Assembly (NCBI GenBank): GCA_003707115.1
Contig: PPNB01000003.1
Span: 434,001 to 498,000 of the forward strand
Length of the DNA stretch: 64,000 bases
Direction: 5' to 3'
Source of the DNA: Tortispora ganteri
Lineage: Eukaryota
In this document: positions 12,501 through 20,279 of the stretch, piece by piece
Numbering within the stretch: position 1 is the stretch's first letter
Layout of the letters: each line of letters starts with the position of its first letter
The notes under the pieces: generated by a model
Databases searched by the model: none
What the model was told of the DNA's origin: nothing
What the model saw: the letters and a program-made list of their open reading frames with translations, nothing else
Made by a program: the position numbers and the translations under genes

Positions 12501-14853
12501 TTTACGCATTCTCGATGTTGGAAACAATTTCTTGAAGTATAATATAGCAAATTGGCCATATGATTGGAATTGGAATTTTAATCCAAATTTACGGTATCTA
12601 AATTTTTCTGGAAACAGACGTCTTGAGATCAAGGCTCAGCACAATCCCAATTTTGCAATAGGTGGCGAACGCAGTCTCAGTGACTTTTCCGGGCTGAAAG
12701 ACCTCAGAGTGTTGGGGCTTATGGATATCACTCTTACAGTTCACTCTATTCCGGATGAAAATGAGGATTGCAGAATTAGAACCACAGGTACTACTATATC
12801 TAAGTACTCATACGGTATCTCCGATACTTTAGGCAACCACGATCATTTGTGTATGGCTGATTTAGTTCTAGAGAGGTTCCGTGGTAAAGAGGACGAAATG
12901 GTGTTTGCAATGTTTCAAGGAGCTAGAAGGTCTGAGAATGGATCAAAGATTACAAAATTTATACAGGATAATCTTTCAGTGATTTTAAGCGAAGAGTTGA
13001 GTTATGTGGAAGAACACAATGAATCTGTTGCAGATGCTTTACGTCGCTCATTACTTATTTTAGCTCGTGAGTTTGGTACTGTGGTGCTTTTTATGGAAAC
13101 TGACCCTACAATTGTACAGAGTCTATTGCTAAAGAGAGCTAGTTCTTTGAAGGTACCGATTAACTTCTCAGATGTTGATGAGGGCTGTATGGCTTCTGTG
13201 TTATACTTTCGAGGTAACACGCTCTTCCTTGCCAACACTGGTACTCTTTGTAGTGTAATCGGGCAATCTGATGGAAGCTATAAGGCCCTTAATAAGAGAC
13301 ACAAACCTTTGACTACTAAAGAACTGGAGAACACGCATAAGCGACATGGCTATGTTGATCTGCAAGGAAAATACAACGGTGAACTTGAAACATCTCGAGC
13401 ACTTGGGTATTTTCATTTGATTCCACTTCCCATGGCAGGTCCTGATATTATTGAATATCAACTGTCGGATACAGATGATATTTTAATTATTGGAAGCAGT
13501 GAACTTTGGGAATACATCAGGTACGAAACGGCGGTTGATATTGCACGAACTGCTACCAATCCGTTAATGGCTGCACAAAAGTTGCGAGATTTTGCAATTG
13601 CATATGGCTGTGACAAATCTTTGATGATAATGGTTCTTTATTTGTCTGATAAGAGACAGAGGTCTCGTACAGGAGGGACTCAAGGTTCGGCCGTACCCCG
13701 ACCATCGGAAGAGGAACTATATACTGCTGGAAAGAAAAAGAGGGAGCGCAATGCGTTGCCTGAAGATTCTAATTTAGCTAGACTTGGAGTTGAGGTAGAT
13801 CCACCGACAGGTCATCTTGCTATGGTTTTTACTGATATTAAAAATTCCACCATTTTGTGGGAGCTATATCCCATTGCAATGCGATCTGCGATCAAGACGC
13901 ACAATTTTGTGATGAGACGACAACTGCGCATGATCGGCGGATATGAAGTGAAGACTGAAGGTGATGCTTTTATGGTTTGTTTCCAGACTGCGACAGCTGC
14001 ATTGCTGTGGTGCTTTTCCGTCCAAAACCAGCTTCTGCTTGAAGATTGGCCATTTGAGATTATGAATAGTCCGGAAGGTGCTGAAGTTGTTGATGCAGAA
14101 GGAAACAGAATTTACCGAGGACTATCGGTTCGTATGGGTATCCATTGGGGAGCACCAGTGTGCGAACGAGACCCTATTACGAAAAGAATGGATTACTTTG
14201 GTCCTATGGTTAACCGAGCTTCGCGAATTAGTGCAGTTGCTGATGGTGGAGAGATTGTTGTCAGTTCGGAAATGCAGGCTGAGATCAGTAAGCTCGAGGA
14301 ACTGATAAAAACAGAAGAAGTTAATAAGAGATATTCCCATGAGATGGATGAAGCAACGCTAGAAAGTGTCAAGCGAGACTTTTCTGTATTATCGAGCATC
14401 GGGTGGAAGGCGAAGAGTTTAGGGCAGTTTAAACTTAAGGGACTTGAAAATCCCGAATATTTACATTTGGTGCTGCCAAACAACTTGCTGAGCCGAAGCA
14501 ACAAGAATACTGGCGAAGGAAGTAGTAAGGATGCTAGATCAGTCGCTTCAGTATTGAGTTTGGAAACAATGCACAGATTGAGAATGATCGTCCTGAGATT
14601 AGAGTACTTGGTCGAAGAGGCTACTACTAAGCGGCACACGATATCTATCAAATCTGATGTATGGACTTACTTGTTCTCAAGCAACGCATCGCAAGCTGAG
14701 CAATATCTACTACCTATGTATAGCAATCTCATCACTCGCCTCGAAGCTGCCATGACGACGTTATATTTATATCGGGGCATTGAAGCAACGGATCAGGGTG
14801 TGATAGGGACTGAGGAATTGATAACAAACTTACGCAGATTACTGAATGTTTGA
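9586..14853 (+). CDS. CYR1: Adenylate cyclase
   Basis: WEAPESW motif, Ras-association domain (IRVFRPDHTFST), long LRR array, NWPYDWNWNFN, PP2C-like domain and class III cyclase (VFTDIKNST, YEVKTEGDAFMV, DYFGPMVNRASR). Confidence 0.98.
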   Translation: MSYSKDKNHKQPDIRRNSELSASDPLNPGTLSGRSSVNGTNDSDLQAYLSSSKVEEISPFMYQSPPMNVVIPSHARRISVSHHVDTRTASRSDGSNDSNGTRRIPSIELSPKSVTSTTKSSRSGKRSFFDKIIPRKSSVLPSSESRNNNHNSGGTSANNTSNISSSSNSESHHHRRGAVQQSAQKISSGIYAFNDLIHPPDSLLSAGHRTFIGSHLHTPSRSSASVSRHSLNNNAHSLTKDGKDTPSNSTLFDLDTDMSRMTGIVSSELSSESPAQNYLPSGWEAPESWGVQKVLDSEPSQKRDTSHMEITTGVSPDSIKRIRVFRPDHTFSTISCPMGITTSELLSVLAKKFFLPTVANHVLGLRVAGRTKVLRSDDRPLYTLFKILLEWGYTVKDNFGEIGSNDINYLSQFVVYAIGESVQTFYREFRPVNGYSNVSIRRLDLQNIPVVLFAHGSEIRSLDVSMNLSLNIPSDFIQTCTNLKRLIYRDNKNENFPKKLCNIPKLMHLDLCGNLIQNLDDVPFESVSQLDTLILQNNPLKELPDNLLSLSSLRCLNVATCNFTFFPMVICGLHSLNELDISFNEITVIPEGIGELKNLTKLVLAHNKLSRPFPRSMNNLVNLRELDLRYNNLHDASWATLLLSLEILRLEHNSISSFNYSIPSLKILYLDYNPLTHFNLPQPHPFLEELSIQRAMLSDLPEDCFKNMPDLKKLVLDRNELVSLPTQLYTLSKLTHLSLKWNRIQELSPGISSFTELQILEVQCNNIRELPQEIWKCSSMNYLNASSNLLEFFPKCPERLSITAKPVNSLIIDESSTNEPAFTKKKLSISSTSYAGSDSAESSTGEERGSFSVNSLKRRVSSFSAASVPTSYSLASSLRSLILADNRLNDECFEQIFLFQNLTVLNLSYNDIMEIPFGALSRFKKVQELYLSHTGLTGSPGDDLETLENLRVLYLNGNRLHTLPAELGKLQDLRILDVGNNFLKYNIANWPYDWNWNFNPNLRYLNFSGNRRLEIKAQHNPNFAIGGERSLSDFSGLKDLRVLGLMDITLTVHSIPDENEDCRIRTTGTTISKYSYGISDTLGNHDHLCMADLVLERFRGKEDEMVFAMFQGARRSENGSKITKFIQDNLSVILSEELSYVEEHNESVADALRRSLLILAREFGTVVLFMETDPTIVQSLLLKRASSLKVPINFSDVDEGCMASVLYFRGNTLFLANTGTLCSVIGQSDGSYKALNKRHKPLTTKELENTHKRHGYVDLQGKYNGELETSRALGYFHLIPLPMAGPDIIEYQLSDTDDILIIGSSELWEYIRYETAVDIARTATNPLMAAQKLRDFAIAYGCDKSLMIMVLYLSDKRQRSRTGGTQGSAVPRPSEEELYTAGKKKRERNALPEDSNLARLGVEVDPPTGHLAMVFTDIKNSTILWELYPIAMRSAIKTHNFVMRRQLRMIGGYEVKTEGDAFMVCFQTATAALLWCFSVQNQLLLEDWPFEIMNSPEGAEVVDAEGNRIYRGLSVRMGIHWGAPVCERDPITKRMDYFGPMVNRASRISAVADGGEIVVSSEMQAEISKLEELIKTEEVNKRYSHEMDEATLESVKRDFSVLSSIGWKAKSLGQFKLKGLENPEYLHLVLPNNLLSRSNKNTGEGSSKDARSVASVLSLETMHRLRMIVLRLEYLVEEATTKRHTISIKSDVWTYLFSSNASQAEQYLLPMYSNLITRLEAAMTTLYLYRGIEATDQGVIGTEELITNLRRLLNV

Positions 14854-15207
14854 GTACATGAAGTACACGAATTTTTATTATTTTTAGATCACTACGAAAT
14901 TGGTACGGCATTTGAGAAAAAAAGGACACCTTACGTTACAAGGATGAGAAAAAAAAATCGTGCTAAAAAAAGTAATACGTTAAGTCATCAATCCAACGTT
15001 ATTTATAATTTTGCAACGTGTTATTGGTGGATAAAGTGTAGATTAGCTTTGACTAAGTTATAAGGTTTAGTTTTGAAAGGTTAAAACTCCACTACAGATG
15101 TGTTTTTCGGCACATCTTTCGCACCTATTTTCTTCACATACTAATTGCAATTGATTGAAAACGTGGTTCTGTTTTGCATAATTCTGCTAAAGAGACTTAA
15201 TTGAATA

Positions 15208-16784
15208 ATGACTTCTAGGTAAGTTTTGCTAGAAAGGCTCGTCAACAAATGCCATGATTCATGAATCGGAATAACTAACAACATTGACAGATACAGGGTA
15301 GAATGTAAGTGGAAACTATGACGAAGATAAAAGAAAGCGAAGTCAAAAATAGTATAATTGCTTTTAGATATTAGACCGAGTTATATTGGAGTTACATGTG
15401 ATATCAGCAGCTTTCTATGAGTGATGGCCGAAACGGAAAGACTAACTCTGGCAGATGCTCTAAAGAGCCATAGGCGGGACGGGTTTATTGAATGGATCAA
15501 AGGGCTTTTAGCGGTAAGTAAACAATTTTGCTATTTGAGCGTTAGTTATATGAAAACGCTAACCAAAAAATGAAGGTGCCATTTGTTCTGAGCTCTGAAC
15601 CGAATCTCTATCGCAAAGGTGCTAGTTTCTCGCAAGAAGTATCAGAAGATGCCAGGCGCAGATACGCAGAGATCTTCCTTGATGTAGAACAAATGGTGGA
15701 CGAGCAAATAGATTGCCAAGAGTCGGGTTTGATACAAAGAGCCCGACTTCTGCAACTTGTACCCTCTGTGGGGACGTTCTTCACAAGCCTTCCCCTTAAA
15801 GAAGCTTTTTTACAATGTGATGAAAAGTTGTGTATAAGCAATCGAAGACTTGTCAGTCCAAGTTTTAACGACGTGAGGCATGTCCTTAATACCGCACAAT
15901 TGATTAGCTTGGCTTGGGGCGATATCAATTTAAGATTGGTGACATTCGATGGTGATGTAACTCTTTATGACGACGGCTGTGAACTCAACGAGGACAGCCC
16001 TGTTATTCCCCGAATGATCGAATTAATTAGGCGAAACGTCGTTATAGGGATTGTTACTGCTGCCGGATACTCCAACAAATCTGGCGACAGATACTATCAG
16101 AGATTGAAAGGTCTCCTCAAGGCTATTGTTGCCAGTACAATTCTTACAGACAAACAAAAGAGAAATGGGCTATATATTATGGGCGGTGAATCAAATTTTA
16201 TGTTTGTCTTTGACGGAATTTCCGACGAACTTCTGTGGATAGATCCAGCTGAGTGGATGCTCCCTGAGATGAAAACGTGGAACTATCAGGATATTAACGC
16301 TGTCCTAGACACTGCAGAACATTTCTTGGAGACCTGTATAAAGAACCTTCGCCTCCCAGCAGAAATTTTACGTAAAGAGCGCGCTGTTGGAATAATCGCG
16401 GTTGATGGTGCCAAACTGCGAAGAGAAGATCTTGAAGAAGTAGTATTGGGCGTCCAGAAACGGCTCGATTTCCTCAGTGTGTCACAGCGAATCCAGTTTT
16501 GCTGCTTCAATGGAGGACAAGATGTGTTCGTAGATATCGGTGATAAGAGGCTGGGGGTGAAATGCCTGCAGCGTTACCTGAAAGGCATTTCCGGCCATGA
16601 AACGCTTCATGTGGGCGACCAGTTTGCTTCACTAGGAGCTAATGACTTTAAGGCTAGAATGGCAGCATCAACGGTATGGACAACTAGTCCGAAAGAAACT
16701 TGCACATTAATGGATGAACTATTCGAACTTAAGGATCACCCAAAAACAGTGAGCGTTAAGCGCTATCAGCCAAATCTTGTATGA
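15208..16784 (+). CDS. ISN1: IMP-specific 5'-nucleotidase; 4 exons: 15208-15218, 15291-15304, 15455-15513, 15576-16784 (430 aa)
   Basis: Splicing three GTAAGT...RCTAAC...AG introns gives MTSRYRVEYALKSHRRDGFIEWIKGLLAVPFVL, the conserved Isn1 N-terminus. HAD motifs TFDGDVTLYDDG and HVGDQF follow. Confidence 0.95.
15219..15290 (+). other. ISN1 intron 1 (72 nt)
   Basis: GTAAGT donor, ACTAAC branch at 15274, CAG acceptor. Splicing restores the conserved frame. Confidence 0.9.
15305..15454 (+). other. ISN1 intron 2 (150 nt)
   Basis: GTAAGT donor, ACTAAC branch at 15441, CAG acceptor. Confidence 0.9.
15514..15575 (+). other. ISN1 intron 3 (62 nt)
   Basis: GTAAGT donor, GCTAAC branch at 15558, AAG acceptor. 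Joins GLLA|VPFVL. Confidence 0.88.
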
Positions 16785-16916
16785 TTTCATAAACTGGTTT
16801 AATCGCATTCTCTTCAGCTGAATGTGGCCAGGTATATATCTTTGTGCCATTAGCAAACGGTACTGCTAAACTAATCGTCGCGGATGATTCTGTTGTAGAA
16901 ATAGATAAGTGCGCCT

Positions 16917-18458
16917 TTAGTTTCCCATTGATTCCCCATTGATTCGTACATCGTTTCCAGATATGTCAACGCCTTTGGACAGAAGTTCTTCCTCTAGCGC
17001 AATCTGAATATAGTAGGCTAAGAGTTCACTGAAAGCGGCCACGCTATAGAAAGGAAACTCAAGATTCGAGCCGCTAGGGTTCAATACACTTGCTTTGATT
17101 AAAGGAGATTTCTCTTGGTTTAGTTTAGAGCTCACAGATGCCATTATGTTAAAGCTCGCAATAGAGAGTAGAAGCTCCGAGGATGAAAACTGATCAGAGT
17201 CCCCAGAATAAGGAGAGACTGTCCAATGGCACGGAATACCGGCACTTTGAGCGCATTCAGATATATTCTTTAGCAGAGCTGAGCAGGCGGAAAATGTGAT
17301 GACCCGCCCTATATGATGTATTAGGTTGTGCAGTATTTTTGGGCCCGGCAGCTGGGCGGATATTATGCGGGAGTTGACAGGAGGAGGGACGGCTTTTTCT
17401 TTCTTGCGGTTTTCGTCGAAGAATTGGCAGAGGCTTGTATGCAAAAACAGAGATATAAATTCAGCAAGAGGAGAACTGCATTGCTCTGTTTCCGGAGCTT
17501 CACAGTATTCGATGCTAATATCAATGGTATCGGTGATGGGCAAAATAATAGTTTTATCGATAAGGTCGACATTATAAGCACGCATCGTAAATGCCTCTTC
17601 ACTGAGCTCTTTGAAAAGCTCATACTCGAATACATAATGAGTAGCATTGTCCAGATCCTGTTTAATGGAAGACCCCGGAGAGTTAGGAAGTTTAGGAGAA
17701 AACTCTCCTATGATATCGCCCGATTTTATTATGCGAACAACGGTGACATTAGTTCGAGTATCAGAAATGTTTAACTCAAAATCCTTAGAAATGTAGTTTC
17801 TTTTGAGAAATGCGACACTAGGGTCAAGAGTTCTGGATCCGCTGTCAATAAACGTATAGGCAAAAGCCAGGCCTTTAGGAGTCATCTTCAGGGCCTGACC
17901 TTCACTAGATAATTCATTAATTGTAGACCAGTACTTGCTTTCCCATTGCACTTCTGACTGTAAGTGTTGTGAAGAGAGCTTGAGAGATTCAGCAGCTTCT
18001 TTCAAGGCATCTATTTTCCATCCCGCAGAGATAGCAAGGTTGTCTTGCTCTAGAACAGTCCTCGATTCACGAGAAGTATCAGAACCTAGAGAACCAGTTG
18101 GTATTCGTTGATGGAGCAAAGGGGACATAGATGCCTGCCCTGCAGCGGGTCGAACTGCAGAAATTAGCAAAGATATGAAGTCAAGTGCCAAAGCAGCTTC
18201 ATTTTTAGTTGCAGCTATATGTTCGAGTAAATTATTAATCTTTTCAGCTTTCAATGAGCCTTCAGAGTCCTGATTGTTATTTGCTAAAGCTACAGGAGTG
18301 CCATTGCGTATTTCAGTCTCAAGGGTCTCTTCTGTGATATTCAAGAAGCTACCACGTTCAGCTACAATTTTAGCAATATTTTCAGTCAATGTAAGCTCTG
18401 TTGAAGCATCAATTGCTAGTACAGGATCTGGTGGATCAAGAAAGATTGATACATCCAT
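16917..18458 (-). CDS. SRB4: Mediator subunit Med17 (C-terminus possibly frameshifted; see findings)
   Basis: I..ERGSFLNITEETLETEI, NEAALALDFISLL, MSP.L...IPTGSLG and GWK..AL...E.KYW motifs of fungal Med17. Confidence 0.9.
   Translation of the reverse strand: MDVSIFLDPPDPVLAIDASTELTLTENIAKIVAERGSFLNITEETLETEIRNGTPVALANNNQDSEGSLKAEKINNLLEHIAATKNEAALALDFISLLISAVRPAAGQASMSPLLHQRIPTGSLGSDTSRESRTVLEQDNLAISAGWKIDALKEAAESLKLSSQHLQSEVQWESKYWSTINELSSEGQALKMTPKGLAFAYTFIDSGSRTLDPSVAFLKRNYISKDFELNISDTRTNVTVVRIIKSGDIIGEFSPKLPNSPGSSIKQDLDNATHYVFEYELFKELSEEAFTMRAYNVDLIDKTIILPITDTIDISIEYCEAPETEQCSSPLAEFISLFLHTSLCQFFDENRKKEKAVPPPVNSRIISAQLPGPKILHNLIHHIGRVITFSACSALLKNISECAQSAGIPCHWTVSPYSGDSDQFSSSELLLSIASFNIMASVSSKLNQEKSPLIKASVLNPSGSNLEFPFYSVAAFSELLAYYIQIALEEELLSKGVDISGNDVRINGESMGN
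16924..16945. repeat. Exact 11-bp tandem duplication (CCCATTGATTC x2)
   Basis: Read directly from the sequence at 16924-16934 and 16935-16945. Confidence 0.95.
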
Positions 18459-18616
18459 TAGGGTTAAATAATGGAAGAAGAATACTCTTTAGTAGTGTAG
18501 ATGAGGGAATGGGAGGGAGGGAGGATAAAGGTTGTATAGTGCGAAGAATTAGATGTTTTACAGAATAGCCACTATATGTAAAGATAATAGCAGTAAGTTT
18601 CTGTCAGTCATATTGT

Positions 18617-19192
18617 TCATTGAATCGATTTAATATATTGATCATAAGAAGGCAAATTGAAGCCCCAAGATTCCTCGCCGGGTCTAGTTTCGAAGTACTT
18701 CTTGATATCTACTCCATGGTACTTGTGATTAGCGAAATTGAACCAAGGAAATAAAGAGAATAACGTTTGAGAGAATCTAGAGTTTCTGACGGCAATTTGT
18801 TCCAGCCAGGGCTCTAGCTTGGTTTCACCATAAAGAGACTTTCCTTGTGCGATTCTAGACTTCATTTCATATCTATCTTTCTCGACCTCAGCGGCGTTTT
18901 CGGAGAATCCCCAAAACCTTTTTGAGCTAGATGTATATGCAAACAGAAAACCACCAACAAGACCAATAATTACACTAGCGCGCAAAACTGGTCGCATTTG
19001 GGTGATTCTGGTTTGACCTGAAGGAAATATAGGTTCTACGTGTTCCATCAAAAGTAAGCCAGCAGGTGCAGCGGCAGTGAGTCCTGCCCATGCCAGATAG
19101 TCTGTAGGTCTCATATATTTGACAACCCTTTTAAAATGAGGATCAACATCAATTACCTCATATGGGGTATTCTTCAACTGGACATCAGCCAT
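18617..19192 (-). CDS. NUXM: Mitochondrial complex I accessory subunit NUXM (about 21 kDa)
   Basis: PYEVIDVDPHFKRVVKYMRPTDY, SS.RFWGFSEN and PWFNFANHKYHGVD motifs. Confidence 0.92.
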   Translation of the reverse strand: MADVQLKNTPYEVIDVDPHFKRVVKYMRPTDYLAWAGLTAAAPAGLLLMEHVEPIFPSGQTRITQMRPVLRASVIIGLVGGFLFAYTSSSKRFWGFSENAAEVEKDRYEMKSRIAQGKSLYGETKLEPWLEQIAVRNSRFSQTLFSLFPWFNFANHKYHGVDIKKYFETRPGEESWGFNLPSYDQYIKSIQ

Positions 19193-19262
19193 TATTGCAC
19201 TTTTCTAATTCAGTGAAATAGCAAACGGATAGATGGTAAGGAATGGATTTTCCCGTTTTACT

Positions 19263-19426
19263 ATTGGTGCAATAAAAAGTAACGGTCGCTACATAGTTGC
19301 CATAGTAACCAAACGGGTTAGTTTCCTTTTTTTCTGTATACGCGTTATGCTTGGTAGAGGGCCTTTACGCGCACGAACTGGTTAAGAGTTAAACACTACG
19401 CGACTTAACGAAAAATATTGACGCGT
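19263..19426. promoter_or_regulatory. Divergent NUXM/CSM3 promoter with CCAAT box, RFX X-box and MCB elements
   Basis: ATTGG at 19263 (CCAAT on the NUXM strand), GTTGCCATAGTAAC at 19296-19309, ACGCGT at 19340 and 19421, and two more ACGCG cores near 19367 and 19398. Confidence 0.7.
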
Positions 19427-19456
19427 AATCAAACTGCAAGCCTCTAGTTTAATACT

Positions 19457-20209
19457 ATGACAGACGAAGTTGACCTTGACAATGCCGTCTCTAATATCTT
19501 TGCTAATCAAATTGATGCGGTAGGGTTGGACGATCTTGGTGTGGATACTGCTGTTGAGGTACAGAGCGCCGCGAAACGAAACTATTTGAAGTTTGACGAG
19601 AATCTCATACTTTCGGATAAGGGACTTCCTACCGTTTACAGAAAGTTTCCACGACGTATACGCTTGAAGGGTAAAGGTCACGAACTCAAGGATATGGAGA
19701 AACTGCTTCAAATGTACCAAATTTGGGCCCATGGGCTGTATCCGCGATTTCGATTTGCTGATTTTCTAAGATCTATTGAGCGCCTAGGACACAAGAAAAG
19801 CGTAAGAGCATACAGAGAAGCTAGATTGAACGATGCAAGGCGCGGAAGACCTCTCGGCGAGTCGCCATCCCCTGAACTGAGACCGACGAAGCCTCGTTCA
19901 ACCATTCAGGCCGACAATTTCAACGCTTGGACTAAAATTCTAGGTCAAAGTTCTTCTAACAATGAATTGAAGGATGTAGAGGAAGGTGATACTGAAAATA
20001 AAAACCATGAAAAAGATACAACGAACGAGGAACATGTGCTTGACTCAAAGGGGATCATTGTTGGCGCAGATCACAACACTCAGAAACTTGCCAGCGAGGA
20101 AGAGTCCACAGTTGACCTGCTAACCAACAACGTTTCAACTAGTGCTGACAATTCCAATATTGAAGATACTGAATTGATTTTGGAACAGTTATTGGACGAT
20201 GCTTTTTGA
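19457..20209 (+). CDS. CSM3: Replication fork protection complex subunit Csm3/Swi3/Tipin
   Basis: Swi3 domain: LKFDENLILSDKGLP...KGKGHE.KD...LL..YQ.WAH.LYP...F.DF...IERLGH. Confidence 0.93.
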   Translation: MTDEVDLDNAVSNIFANQIDAVGLDDLGVDTAVEVQSAAKRNYLKFDENLILSDKGLPTVYRKFPRRIRLKGKGHELKDMEKLLQMYQIWAHGLYPRFRFADFLRSIERLGHKKSVRAYREARLNDARRGRPLGESPSPELRPTKPRSTIQADNFNAWTKILGQSSSNNELKDVEEGDTENKNHEKDTTNEEHVLDSKGIIVGADHNTQKLASEEESTVDLLTNNVSTSADNSNIEDTELILEQLLDDAF

Positions 20210-20279
20210 TATAATTCAGCTCTTTCACCCTTTTCATCAGTTGCTCCCACCCAAACATAACACTTCTCCTATACCAACA

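Noticed and set aside
15305..15454. Intronic C/D snoRNA in the longer ISN1 intron 2
   Set aside because: A C-box-like ATGACGA is present, but there is no D box (CTGA) or terminal stem.
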